Below, piece by piece: positions 1 to 10,319 of a stretch of 54,289 bases of DNA. Where the stretch lies: NCBI GenBank assembly GCA_947628825.1, contig CANRBH010000005.1, forward strand, positions 1 to 54,289, written 5' to 3'. Each line of letters opens with the position of its first letter. The first letter of the stretch is position 1. The notes under the pieces are model-generated. The model was given only the letters and a program-made list of their open reading frames with translations, had not been told where the DNA came from and did not search any database. The stretch is from an uncultured Clostridia bacterium (GTDB taxonomy: Bacteria > Bacillota > Clostridia > TANB77 > CAG-508). Both the position numbers and the translations under genes were made by a program.

Positions 1-124
1 ATAAGTTCGTGTCGATAAGTTTTTTTACAAATTTCTAAACTTACATTATCAAGGTTTTTCAACTAGCGAAAATATTCTTCAATATTTTTAATTTCTTTAT
101 TTTTACATATTGTGTTAACATAAT

Positions 125-152
125 TTGCTTTTTTCTAAAAATGTGCTATAAT
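125..152 (+). promoter_or_regulatory. sigma-A-like promoter (TTGCTT-16 bp-TATAAT, extended TG) for the 236..562 unit
   Basis: TTGCTT 125-130, TG 144-145, TATAAT 147-152. Confidence 0.55.
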
Positions 153-235
153 TAGTATAAGTAAACTTAAGTTGCTCCATTTCCACCTTAGCTAAAGCAG
201 CTTAGAGTTTCAACACTTTGAATGGAGGAGAAAAT

Positions 236-562
236 ATGGGAATCCGGAACATCATCTTCATCCTCATCATTGCATCGGCTTTGATGAGCATCTTGTCGAA
301 TGTGCTTGCTTTGCTTGCAAGCCGCAACTTCTTCACGAACCGAGTCGTTTCCCAGAGGATGGCTCGGTTGGCAACCCTCTTGAGGATTATTCCTAACCAA
401 GTCTTCCGAGTACTGAGCGTTAGGAATATGAGCTTCATGCTCATCCTTGTCATCCTCGCAGAATATGCGGGAGGGGATGTCGAAGCATTGAGGCGATTCA
501 CCTTAGAAATTGTGGGTGCCGTAAACGACATCTTCAATTTCCTCTTAGGATTAATATCCTAA
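236..562 (+). CDS. small hydrophobic (membrane) protein of unknown function in a GC-rich, highly structured segment; could instead be a ncRNA
   Basis: SD GGAGGAG before ATG 236; 108 aa with 2-3 hydrophobic stretches; dense hairpins; two in-frame CGG codons. Confidence 0.45.
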   Translation: MGIRNIIFILIIASALMSILSNVLALLASRNFFTNRVVSQRMARLATLLRIIPNQVFRVLSVRNMSFMLILVILAEYAGGDVEALRRFTLEIVGAVNDIFNFLLGLIS

Positions 563-567
563 GCCCA

Positions 568-1249
568 ATCGAGTAGGAGGAATTTTGCTTTTTATTCTCA
601 AAATTCCGTCCTCTCACACCACATTTCCAGCATACCGTTCGGTACTGGGCGGTTAGTTAATGCACTAAAGATTTTTATTTTCTTTAGTGTTTTCTTTTGC
701 TTTTCTCTAGACCTTATAAAATTACTATGCTTCTTTTGTAACTCTCGAGTTCCGCTCTACCATCCAAAATTTTCTGTTCTTTACAGATTATCTGCATTCT
801 AACATAATTTATATAATCTATCTTTATTTGCAAAATCACATTAACTTTCAGTCCTTCATAATATTTCTGTTACTACTATGACTTCTGCTGACTTCTGATA
901 TTTCACTCTACTGTCACCAATAGCTTTTTCATATCTAGGGGTGTTGCCTCAAAGATATTTCCAAAATATCAGACCTCCCTGGGTAAGAATAATAACTTTC
1001 ATCTCATATATCTGCTACATTTACTAAAATAACCTCCGAATAGCTATTGGGTTTTGTTTTCAATAGTAAACTCACCCTGATTATTCTAGCCTTCGTATGT
1101 AGTTTCTGTCCGTCAGACCAAGACTTTGCTTACAGCTTCCTTCAGATTCTACCTCGCGATAGACACCCTTGCTGTTCAGCTAATGGTTAGCCGCTATTAG
1201 GCTCCATAGTAGTCTTTCACTACCTAGTTATTATTCATGCCAGGCACAC
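568..1249 (-). mobile_element. ORF-less group IIC intron (~680 nt)
   Basis: 5' end GTGTGCCTGGCATG at 1249; IIC-like internal motifs (CAGAAGTCAGCAGA, GAAGGACTGAA); domain V ACCGCCCAGTACCGAACGGTATGCTGG with CGC triad; domain VI with bulged A ending CTACTCGAT; inserted just after an intrinsic terminator; no RT ORF. Confidence 0.9.
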
Positions 1250-1252
1250 TGT

Positions 1253-1292
1253 AAGAAGGTACCACTCCTAAAAAGAGTGGCACCTTCTTTTT
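1253..1292. terminator. intrinsic (probably bidirectional) terminator, target site of the IIC intron
   Basis: AAGAAGGT-A-CCACTC / GAGTGG-C-ACCTTCTT stem followed by T-run. Confidence 0.85.
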
Positions 1293-1335
1293 ATAGTAAT
1301 TTATAGAAAATCAAAATTTTAACCATCATTATTTT

Positions 1336-1893
1336 TTATTTATTAAAAATCTTTACTGGTTCTGCTTCGTATAATCTTTGAATTACAACTGGTTTATGTT
1401 CTTTTATTGTTTCTTGTACATCCAATATTCTTTGGTTTGCAGATCCTCTAAATCTTAATTTTGGACTTTTTAAATCTTCTTCAAACTTTCCGTCTACTAC
1501 AACATCTATATATTTTAGTAGTTCTTTTGTTGTTGGATTGTTTTCAGCCATATCCTCTATTACATCTTTTTCTAAATCATATCCTGTATAACACCAGATT
1601 GTTTTATTAGGAAATTTTTCTTTTACTTCTTTAACTAATGGTAGCAATCCTTCTTGGTTTACTGGTTCAAGTGGTTCTCCTCCGAGCAAGCTTAATCCTT
1701 CTATGTAATCATGGTCTAGAAATTTCATAACTTTCTCTTTACTCTCTTGCGTAAATTCATTTCCATAGTTAAAATCCCATGCACATTCATTAAAACATCC
1801 TTTGCAATGATGATGGCATCCACTTACAAAAACTGATACTCTAACACCTGTTCCATTTGCTACATCAACTTTTTTTATATCTGCGTAGTTCAT
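1336..1893 (-). CDS. nrdG: anaerobic ribonucleotide reductase activating protein (radical SAM)
   Basis: NGxGVRVSVFVSGC-HHC-KGC-FN motif, GGEPL, FRGSANQR; adjacent to nrdD. Confidence 0.95.
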   Translation of the reverse strand: MNYADIKKVDVANGTGVRVSVFVSGCHHHCKGCFNECAWDFNYGNEFTQESKEKVMKFLDHDYIEGLSLLGGEPLEPVNQEGLLPLVKEVKEKFPNKTIWCYTGYDLEKDVIEDMAENNPTTKELLKYIDVVVDGKFEEDLKSPKLRFRGSANQRILDVQETIKEHKPVVIQRLYEAEPVKIFNK

Positions 1894-1933
1894 TTAATTT
1901 TTGTTCCTTTCTTTGCTTTACTCAAAGAAGCTT

Positions 1934-4060
1934 TTATAAATGTAAAACTCTCTGTTTTATTTCTTTTGTTTTTCCTACATTCCAGAAGTTTTCTCCTAAA
2001 TAACCACAAGTACGTCTTACAACAGTCATTCTAGCATGGTCTTTGTTTCCACAGTTTGGACATTCCCATTCATTTTCGTCGTTTACTTTTATTTCTCCAT
2101 CAAATCCACATACATGGCAATAATCAGATTTAGTATTAAATTCTGCGTATTGTATATTATCATAAATAAATCTAACTACACTCTTTAATGCATCTAAATT
2201 ATTTTGCATATTTGGAACTTCAACATATGATATTGCTCCTCCTGTTGATAGATGTTGGAATTCGCTTTCAAACTTTAATTTTTCAAATGCGTCTATTTTT
2301 TCTCTAACATCTACATGATATGAGTTAGTATAATATCCTTTATCTGTAACATCTTTAATTGTTCCAAATCTTTCTTTATCTATTCTTGCAAACTTATAAC
2401 ATAAGCTTTCTGCTGGTGTTCCATATAATGCAAATCCTATGTTAGTTTCTTGTTTCCAACGTAATACTGTTTCTTTTAAATGTTTCATAACTTTTAATGC
2501 AAATTCATGACCTTTTTCTGTTGTATGAGATTCTCCTGTCATTAGTTTTGTCATTTCATATATTCCTATGTATCCTAATGATATAGTTGAATATCCACCA
2601 TATAATAGTTTATCTATTGTTTCACCTTTCTTTAATCTTGCAATAGCTCCATATTCCCAATGTATTGGACTTGTGTATGTCCTTGTTCCAAGCAATGCTT
2701 TATGTCTGCACATTAATGCTTCTTTGCATAGTTCAAGTCTTTCATCAAGTTCTTTCCAGAACTTATCCATATTTCCGTCTGCAACTATTGCAACTTGTGG
2801 TAAGTTAATGCTTACAACACCTTGATTAAATCTTCCTTCAAATTTATAATTTCCATTTTCGTCCTTCCAAGGAGATAGGAAACTTCTGCATCCCATAGGA
2901 CTAAATACATTTCCTTCATAGTTTTCACGCATCTTTTTAGCTGAGATATAATCAGGGTACATTCTTTTTGCAGAACATTTTACTGCAAGTTCAGTTAGAT
3001 AATCATATTCTCCACCTGATAAATTATTGAATTCATCTAATACATATACTAATTTAGGAAAAGCTGGTGTTACATATACTCCTGCTTCATTTTTAATTCC
3101 TTCATCTCTTTGTCTTATTACTTCTTCTATAATCATTGCATTTTCTTTTATGTATGGGTCATCTTTTTCTAGATGTAAGAATAGTGTTACGAATGGAGAT
3201 TGTCCATTTGTTGTCATTAAAGTATTTATTTGATATTGAATTGTTTGAACTCCTGCTTTTAATTCGCTTCTTACGTTTTCTTCTACTAAGTCATTTATAA
3301 TTTCTTTTGATAATTTATTTTTGTATTTCTTTTCTAATTTATTTTTATATTTGTCATGGCTTTTTCTTAAATATTTTCCTAAGTGTATTAAGTCAACAGA
3401 TTGTCCACCATATTGGTTACTTGCAACAGCAGCTATTATTTGTGTAACAACTGTACACGCAACTTGGAAACTTTTTGGACTTTCAATCATTTTCCCATTC
3501 ATTACTGTTCCATTGTCTAACATATCTCCTATGTTAATTAAGCAACAGTTAAATATTGGTTGTACAAAATAATCTGCATCATGAAAGTGTAAAATTCCTT
3601 CTTTATCAGCTTTAGAAATTTTTTCAGGAAGTAATATTCTTCTTGTTAAATCTCTTGAAACTTCTCCAGCTATATAATCTCTTTGGGTTGATGCTAGTCT
3701 TGTATTTTTATTTGAGTTTTCTTCTGCTAGTTCTTTGTTTTGGTCCTTTATTAGTTTTAATATAGATTCATCAGTAGTATTTTGTTTTCTTACTAATGCT
3801 CTATTGTAACGATATACTATGTATTTTTTCGCTAATTCAAATTTTCCAAATTCCATTAGTTTTTGTTCTATTATGTCTTGAATGTCTTCAACAAGTATTC
3901 TCTTTTTACCTAAATCTTCTATATAATCAATTATTTCTTTAATTTCTTCTTTGTTTGCTCTTTCCTTTGGACTTACCTCTTTATTAGCTTTTTCAATAGC
4001 TTTTGAGATTTTTGCCCTATCATAATCAACAATTCTTTCATCTCTTTTTACTACTTTCAT
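1934..4060 (-). CDS. nrdD: class III anaerobic ribonucleoside-triphosphate reductase
   Basis: N-terminal ATP cone (VVKRD), MGCRS, C-terminal CxxC..CxxC and glycyl-radical RRTCGYLG. Confidence 0.97.
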   Translation of the reverse strand: MKVVKRDERIVDYDRAKISKAIEKANKEVSPKERANKEEIKEIIDYIEDLGKKRILVEDIQDIIEQKLMEFGKFELAKKYIVYRYNRALVRKQNTTDESILKLIKDQNKELAEENSNKNTRLASTQRDYIAGEVSRDLTRRILLPEKISKADKEGILHFHDADYFVQPIFNCCLINIGDMLDNGTVMNGKMIESPKSFQVACTVVTQIIAAVASNQYGGQSVDLIHLGKYLRKSHDKYKNKLEKKYKNKLSKEIINDLVEENVRSELKAGVQTIQYQINTLMTTNGQSPFVTLFLHLEKDDPYIKENAMIIEEVIRQRDEGIKNEAGVYVTPAFPKLVYVLDEFNNLSGGEYDYLTELAVKCSAKRMYPDYISAKKMRENYEGNVFSPMGCRSFLSPWKDENGNYKFEGRFNQGVVSINLPQVAIVADGNMDKFWKELDERLELCKEALMCRHKALLGTRTYTSPIHWEYGAIARLKKGETIDKLLYGGYSTISLGYIGIYEMTKLMTGESHTTEKGHEFALKVMKHLKETVLRWKQETNIGFALYGTPAESLCYKFARIDKERFGTIKDVTDKGYYTNSYHVDVREKIDAFEKLKFESEFQHLSTGGAISYVEVPNMQNNLDALKSVVRFIYDNIQYAEFNTKSDYCHVCGFDGEIKVNDENEWECPNCGNKDHARMTVVRRTCGYLGENFWNVGKTKEIKQRVLHL

Positions 4061-4482
4061 ACTGTACCCCTTCTAGTTAATTTTTTAACTTTTTTTAAAA
4101 AATGATTTTTTTATTTGCTTATTTTTTTATGTAATTTATTTTTTTGCAATTTCATTTAAATATTACACTAAAAAATCTTTTAAAGTCAACACATTTTTTC
4201 AAATCATCTATGTATATTTTTTATGTTTATTTAACTTGTAACTATTGATTTTAATATAGTTTAAATGGTATCGTTTTTTATCGAATTATGTTACTATTTG
4301 TAGTTTTTCCTTTAGTTTATATACTTTCAAGTATTTTAAAATCAAATATTTCTTTTTGGTTACAGTTATACATTTTTGTAAAAAAAAAGAGTATTTTAAA
4401 AAAATAATTTTTTTTAAATACTCTTTTTTTTATCTTTTTTATAAAACAATTAGATTTAATTTCATATCAACAAATAACATTC

Positions 4483-5214
4483 TTATATTTCTCTTGCCTT
4501 TACTACTAATCTTCTTTTTCCATAATCAGTACATGTAATTAATGTTAACTCTCTATTTCCATTAGTTAATTGACTTGTACAGCTAACATCTGTTGGTTCT
4601 ACTGGATATTTGTTATATATTGAATATGTTATAGTTCTACCAGATAAATCTTTTAAAGTAACTGTATCTCCAATACTCACTTGTGCTAGTTTTCCAAACA
4701 TTTTACCACTTGCATAGTTATGACCAACTACACAATAATTTCCTATTTCATTAGGACTTGGTCCCCAATATTTACAAAGTGAAATTTTTAATAGTTGCTC
4801 ACTTTGTTCTGTCAATATCGGATAGCTAATTCCAATTGATGGTATGCTAAGGGTTCCTTCTATTTCATATATTTGTCCATTACTTGCAGTTATTTCTCTA
4901 GCTTGTGGTTCCTCTGGTGTTTCTTCTGGTTCAGGCTCTTGAATAGGAACGACTTGTGAATCATCAGAGTTATCATCTAGTGCAACAACTATTGTATGCT
5001 CCTCTACAATGGTATTATCATCATTATTTATTTGCTCCATTAGCTCATAAGAATAGCCTTCTTGAATTGCCTTATTTCTTTCTGCAATAATATAATATAA
5101 GGAAAGAATAATTACTGTAATAACAGATATTATATATAATGTTTTATATATTTTTTGCTTTCTTTTCATTTCTTTTGTCACATATACTTTTTGTGATATA
5201 AGTATCTGATTCAT
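4483..5214 (-). CDS. sortase (class C/D-like), N-terminal membrane anchor
   Basis: TM helix, VVGHN, LTLITC..R catalytic motifs. Confidence 0.85.
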   Translation of the reverse strand: MNQILISQKVYVTKEMKRKQKIYKTLYIISVITVIILSLYYIIAERNKAIQEGYSYELMEQINNDDNTIVEEHTIVVALDDNSDDSQVVPIQEPEPEETPEEPQAREITASNGQIYEIEGTLSIPSIGISYPILTEQSEQLLKISLCKYWGPSPNEIGNYCVVGHNYASGKMFGKLAQVSIGDTVTLKDLSGRTITYSIYNKYPVEPTDVSCTSQLTNGNRELTLITCTDYGKRRLVVKAREI

Positions 5215-5248
5215 AATCTTTTCTAATATACTCCTTTCCTTAGAATTT

Positions 5249-6052
5249 TTATATTCTGTTTACTATATCAGCATATTGCTTAATTGAAAGTTCTTCTCCT
5301 CTAATATTTTCATTTATATTTAACTCGTCTAAAATTGTTTTTAATTTTGCTTTATCAATTATAGAAGATAGTGAATTTAATATTGTTTTTCTTCTTTTTG
5401 TAAAATTTTCTTTTATTATTTTAAAGAATAAATCTTCATTATTTACTTCCACTCTTGGCTTGTCTAATTTAGTTATCTTTACTATGCTTGAATCTACTTT
5501 TGGACTTGGAATAAAACACTCTTTTCCTACATCTCCTATAATTTTGCTATCTGCATAATAATTGACAAAGTATGTTATTGCTCCTGCTTCCTTTTCTCCC
5601 GGCATACTGCAAATTCTCTCTGCAACCTCTTTTTGTATTAAAACAGTTATATCTTTTATATTTGTTTTTAGTAACTTTGTAATTATTGAAGTAGTTATAT
5701 AATATGGTAGATTTGCAACTACTTTAGCTTTTGGAGCTAATTTATCTATGTCCAATTTTAATATATCTTCATTTATAATTTCAATATTATTATATGCTAT
5801 AAATCTTGCTTTTAATATTTCACACATTTTTTTATCTAGCTCAATAACAATTACTTTTCTAGCTTTTTCTAATAAAATATTAGTAAGAGTCCCTAAACCC
5901 GGTCCAATTTCAATAATTATATCATCTTCTTTTACATCTTCTGCAATTTTATTTAAAGATTGTTCATCAATTAAAAAATTTTGTCCTAGATTCTTATTTG
6001 GATTTACATTGTATTTATCCATTATGTATTTTGTTTCTTGATATATGTTCAT
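5249..6052 (-). CDS. rsmA: 16S rRNA m6(2)A dimethyltransferase
   Basis: LGQNFL, EIGPGLG, ANLPYYIT, PSPKVDS. Confidence 0.95.
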   Translation of the reverse strand: MNIYQETKYIMDKYNVNPNKNLGQNFLIDEQSLNKIAEDVKEDDIIIEIGPGLGTLTNILLEKARKVIVIELDKKMCEILKARFIAYNNIEIINEDILKLDIDKLAPKAKVVANLPYYITTSIITKLLKTNIKDITVLIQKEVAERICSMPGEKEAGAITYFVNYYADSKIIGDVGKECFIPSPKVDSSIVKITKLDKPRVEVNNEDLFFKIIKENFTKRRKTILNSLSSIIDKAKLKTILDELNINENIRGEELSIKQYADIVNRI

Positions 6053-6071
6053 AAAATTCCACCTTTATATA

Positions 6072-8324
6072 TTAGTGCTGACCTTGAGTTATCTGCTCCT
6101 GCAAAGTTACATTTATGATAGTTCCTTCATCAACAGAAGTTCCATAAGCTGGTTCTTGTGCTACTACTATTCCACTACCTTTACTTGATATATTCAAGTT
6201 TCTTGCTCTTAACATTATTTTTGCTTGGGCATAACTTACTCCTTTAAGATCTGGTACAGTTTGTGATACTCTTTCATCATTTCCTTTTGTGTATAATTTT
6301 ACTACTCCTCCTGATGTTAATTGTGCTCCATGTTTTGGTAGCTGTTCTGATACTATTTCATCTGTATTTCCTACATAACTATATTCTAGTCCTGCTTCAC
6401 TTAATATTCTTTGTGCTTCAGATAATGTTTTATTAGTTACATCTGGAACTGTAATTAGTTTTTCAGTTGTTGCTCCATTCTCGCCATTAGATGGTATATC
6501 TAGATAAGGTAAGATTTCTGATAACATCTGTGATACAACTGGTGCTGTAATTGTTCCTCCATAATAACTTCTTCCATTTGGTCCATATAGTGTTACTAAT
6601 GTTACCAACTTTGTATTTTCTACTGGTGCTATTGCTATAAAAGATGCAACATAACCATTTTCTGGGTGGTTAGGATCTGGTTCTGATGTTCCTGTTTTTC
6701 CTCCTATTGTATAACCTATAACTTTTGCGTGACTTCCTCCTCCATCTTCTACAACTGATTGCATTATTGACCTCATTTTTTCAGATGTTTCAGCCGAAAT
6801 TACTTGTCTTTCTTGGTTTGTTTCAACTGATTTTATTGTTCCTGTATCAGGATTTTCTATTTGTTTTACAACATGTGGTGTTACTAATATTCCATCATTT
6901 ACTATTGCGCTTACTGCTTTTACTAATTGCATTGGTGTTATTGTAAATCTTTGTCCAAATGACATTGTAGCAAGTTCAACAGGTCCTACACTTGATTCAC
7001 TCCAAAATGAACTTTCTGCTTCACTTGGAAGGTCTATTCCAGTTTTATCAAAAAATCCATAAGCTTTTAAATATTTATAGAATGTACTTGCTCCGATTTT
7101 TTGTCCTAATTGTATTAATGCTGGGTTACAAGAATTTTCAATAGCTTTTCTTAATGTTTGACTTCCATGTCCTGAACTTGCTGTACAACGTATGTCTATT
7201 CCTGCAACCTTCTGTATACCACTACAATAAAAATCTCCTGCATGGTCTGTTTCTATAAGATTTTCTTCTAAGGCTATTGATGCTGTTATTACTTTAAATG
7301 TTGAACCTGGTTCGTAACCATCCAGAACTGCTCTATTTCTCCACATTGTATATATTCTATCAGTTTGTTCTTGTCCTGAAAGTTCATCCCAACCTTCTGA
7401 AATAGTTGAATTAGGCACATAAGGGTCGTTTAGATTATAGTCTGGATATGTTGCCATAGCAAGAATTTCTCCATTTTCTGGATTCATTATTATTGCATTT
7501 CCACCCCTACTACATTTATTTTCTTCAACTGCTTGTTTAAGATATTTTTCTACTATTGATTGAATATTTGAATCTATTGTCAAATAAATATTGCTTCCAT
7601 TTTCAGGTGCGATATATTGTTCATTTTGGTCAGGTATTGCATCTTGTGTTACTGATATTGCTGTGGTTAGCTTTCCGTTTGTTCCTTTTAAAATACTGTC
7701 ATAACTAAGTTCTATTCCGTCTAATCCTTGATTACTTGCACCACATACTCCTATTAAGTTAGATGCTAGGTTATCATAAGGATAATATCTTTTTGTATCT
7801 TCATCAATATTTACTCCTGCTGTTGCGTTGTTGTCTTCAAGCCATTCTTGTAATACTTTTACTTTGTCAGTTTCTACTTTAGATACTATTGTTTCAACGC
7901 TTCTTGTACTTGTTAATTTTTTATATACATCATCATAATTAAGTTCAAAAATATCTGCAAATGCTTTTGCCATTTTTTCCTTTAATTTTGTTGTTTCATA
8001 TTCATCAGTAACTCCATCTTTTTTTACATTTATATATTGTGGGCTTACTGATACTGTATCAACAGCAGCACTTATGGCTAATGCTTTTCCATTTGCATCA
8101 TAAATAGTTCCTCTTTTTGCACTTATCACTGTATTAGATGTAGATTGTCTATATTCTCTTTGTTTTAACCAAGCTCCTTGAACAAATTGAATATACCCAA
8201 TTCTTACTACCAAAATAAAAAACAATAAGACAAAAACGACTAATAAAAGTATCAATTTTTTACCTGATACTTTTATTACGTTTCTTCTTTTTTTACTTAT
8301 TGGAACTATTTTTTTATTTTGCAT
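6072..8324 (-). CDS. class B penicillin-binding protein with two PASTA domains (SpoVD/FtsI-like)
   Basis: RGTIYD, EPGSTFK (SxxK), SCN, KTG, C-terminal PASTA repeats. Confidence 0.9.
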   Translation of the reverse strand: MQNKKIVPISKKRRNVIKVSGKKLILLLVVFVLLFFILVVRIGYIQFVQGAWLKQREYRQSTSNTVISAKRGTIYDANGKALAISAAVDTVSVSPQYINVKKDGVTDEYETTKLKEKMAKAFADIFELNYDDVYKKLTSTRSVETIVSKVETDKVKVLQEWLEDNNATAGVNIDEDTKRYYPYDNLASNLIGVCGASNQGLDGIELSYDSILKGTNGKLTTAISVTQDAIPDQNEQYIAPENGSNIYLTIDSNIQSIVEKYLKQAVEENKCSRGGNAIIMNPENGEILAMATYPDYNLNDPYVPNSTISEGWDELSGQEQTDRIYTMWRNRAVLDGYEPGSTFKVITASIALEENLIETDHAGDFYCSGIQKVAGIDIRCTASSGHGSQTLRKAIENSCNPALIQLGQKIGASTFYKYLKAYGFFDKTGIDLPSEAESSFWSESSVGPVELATMSFGQRFTITPMQLVKAVSAIVNDGILVTPHVVKQIENPDTGTIKSVETNQERQVISAETSEKMRSIMQSVVEDGGGSHAKVIGYTIGGKTGTSEPDPNHPENGYVASFIAIAPVENTKLVTLVTLYGPNGRSYYGGTITAPVVSQMLSEILPYLDIPSNGENGATTEKLITVPDVTNKTLSEAQRILSEAGLEYSYVGNTDEIVSEQLPKHGAQLTSGGVVKLYTKGNDERVSQTVPDLKGVSYAQAKIMLRARNLNISSKGSGIVVAQEPAYGTSVDEGTIINVTLQEQITQGQH

Positions 8325-8354
8325 TTGTTTTTTCCCATAAATATATTTTTAAAA

Positions 8355-10172
8355 TTATTCTGAAAAAATCGCATCAAATTCTTCGCCAGTAATTTTTTCT
8401 TTTTCAATCAATATTTCAGCAACTTTATCTAATTTATCCCTATTAGCATTTAAAATTTCTTTTGCTTTAGAGTATGCTGAGTCAATGATTTTCTTTATTT
8501 CTTCATCAATAATTCCAGCTGTTTCTTCTGAATATGATTTTTCTTGTGCAAAATCTCTTCCTAAAAATACTTCTTCTTGGTCTGAGCCCAATGATATTGT
8601 TCCAACTCTTTCACTCATACCATATTTTGTAACCATCGCTTTTGCTATCTTAGTTGCTCTTTCTATATCATTGCTTGCTCCTGTTGATATATCACCTAGA
8701 ACTAGAGCTTCTGAAACTCTACCTCCTAATAGTGATATAATATTTTCATTCATTTCAGTTTTTGATATAAATGATTTATCTTCTACTGGTCTATACATTG
8801 TATATCCACCAGCCATTCCTCTTGGAATAATTGATATTTCATGTACTGGATCCTGTGTAGGTAAGAATTTACTTACTACTGCATGACCTGCTTCATGATA
8901 TGCTACTAATTTCTTTTCTTTGTCACTTCTTACTCTAGTTTTCTTTTCTGGTCCCATTGTTACCTTTATCATTGCATCTTCAATTTCTTTTTGGCCTATT
9001 TCATGTTTATCTCTTCTTGCTGCTAATAATGCTGCCTCATTAAGTAGATTCTCTAAATCTGCTCCTGTAAATCCTGATGTATTCTTTGCTATTAATTTTA
9101 AGTCAACATCTGCTTCAAATCTTTTCTTCTTGCTGTGTACTTCTAGTATTTGCTCTCTTGCTTTTACATCTGGTGATGGTACAACTATTTGTCTATCAAA
9201 TCTTCCTGGTCTTAATAATGCTTTGTCTAATACGTCTGGTCTATTTGTTGCTGCTAAAACTATAACACCTTCATTAGCTGAGAATCCATCCATTTCAACA
9301 AGCATTTGATTTAATGTTTGTTCTCTCTCATCATGTCCTCCACCTAAGCCTGCTCCTCTTTGACGTCCAACAGCATCAATTTCATCTATAAATATTATGC
9401 ATGGTGCATTTTTCTTTGCTTCTTCAAATAGGTCTCTTACTCTTGATGCACCAACACCAACAAACATCTCTACAAAGTCTGATCCACTTATTATAAAGAA
9501 TGGTACTCCAGCTTCTCCAGCAACTGCTTTTGCTAGTAATGTTTTTCCTGTACCAGGAGCTCCTACTAATAAAACTCCTTTTGGTATTCTTGCACCCATT
9601 TCTGTAAATTTTCTTGGATTTTTTAAAAATTCTACTATTTCTTGTAGTTCTTCTTTTTCTTCATCTATACCTGCTACATCATTAAATGTAACTTTATTTT
9701 TATCTGTATTATTTAACATTCTGGCTCTGCTCTTTCCAAATGTCATTGGACCTTTTTGTTGTCCTTGAGCTCCACCCATAAATAGCATTAGTATTAACAA
9801 AATCATTATAATTGATGATATTGGTAATAGTAAATCTGCTACAATTAGCCAGAAAGGTTCAGATTGATAAGTAACATTTACATTATTACTTTGCATTGAT
9901 TGATTTAAGTTTTCAAGCAAGTTATCTACACTTGGTATATTAACTGTTTTTATGTTAGAATCATCTTTAAGCTTTACCTTAGCCTCTTCTCCTTCATATT
10001 CAATTTCAATATCTGTTACTTCTCCAGCTTCTACCTTGCTTAATAATTCTGAATAAGTTAATCTGTTGTTTGCATTATTAAGAATTGCTGGTAAAACAAA
10101 TATTATTATAACTCCTATAACTAACCATATAGCTAATGTTTTAATTCCGCTTTTCAATTTAGTTCCTCCCAA
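8355..10172 (-). CDS. ftsH: ATP-dependent zinc metalloprotease FtsH
   Basis: two TM segments, [24 protein letters not shown]. Confidence 0.97.
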   Translation of the reverse strand: MGGTKLKSGIKTLAIWLVIGVIIIFVLPAILNNANNRLTYSELLSKVEAGEVTDIEIEYEGEEAKVKLKDDSNIKTVNIPSVDNLLENLNQSMQSNNVNVTYQSEPFWLIVADLLLPISSIIMILLILMLFMGGAQGQQKGPMTFGKSRARMLNNTDKNKVTFNDVAGIDEEKEELQEIVEFLKNPRKFTEMGARIPKGVLLVGAPGTGKTLLAKAVAGEAGVPFFIISGSDFVEMFVGVGASRVRDLFEEAKKNAPCIIFIDEIDAVGRQRGAGLGGGHDEREQTLNQMLVEMDGFSANEGVIVLAATNRPDVLDKALLRPGRFDRQIVVPSPDVKAREQILEVHSKKKRFEADVDLKLIAKNTSGFTGADLENLLNEAALLAARRDKHEIGQKEIEDAMIKVTMGPEKKTRVRSDKEKKLVAYHEAGHAVVSKFLPTQDPVHEISIIPRGMAGGYTMYRPVEDKSFISKTEMNENIISLLGGRVSEALVLGDISTGASNDIERATKIAKAMVTKYGMSERVGTISLGSDQEEVFLGRDFAQEKSYSEETAGIIDEEIKKIIDSAYSKAKEILNANRDKLDKVAEILIEKEKITGEEFDAIFSE

Positions 10173-10319
10173 ATTAGAATTTTTTATTTATATAAATCGT
10201 TATGAGCGATAATATATATTATATTAAAAGAGTATCACATAGAACGAGTTTATGCAATACTTTTTTTGAAACTTTTTTCTTGTAAGTATTGGTACTAGTG
10301 ACTTTGTGCTTACGGAACA

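Noticed and set aside
188-537. Minus-strand ORFs 188..400 and 202..537
   Set aside because: No SD or promoter; the plus strand has promoter, SD and terminator logic.
1934-4060. AGG as the shift-prone codon
   Set aside because: AGG is used in frame in the intact nrdD (GAT-AGG-GCA, ACA-AGG-ACA), so CGG is the common factor.
4285-4310. Possible NrdR box upstream of nrdD (ACTATTTGTAGT)
   Set aside because: Several mismatches and no clear tandem partner in very AT-rich DNA.
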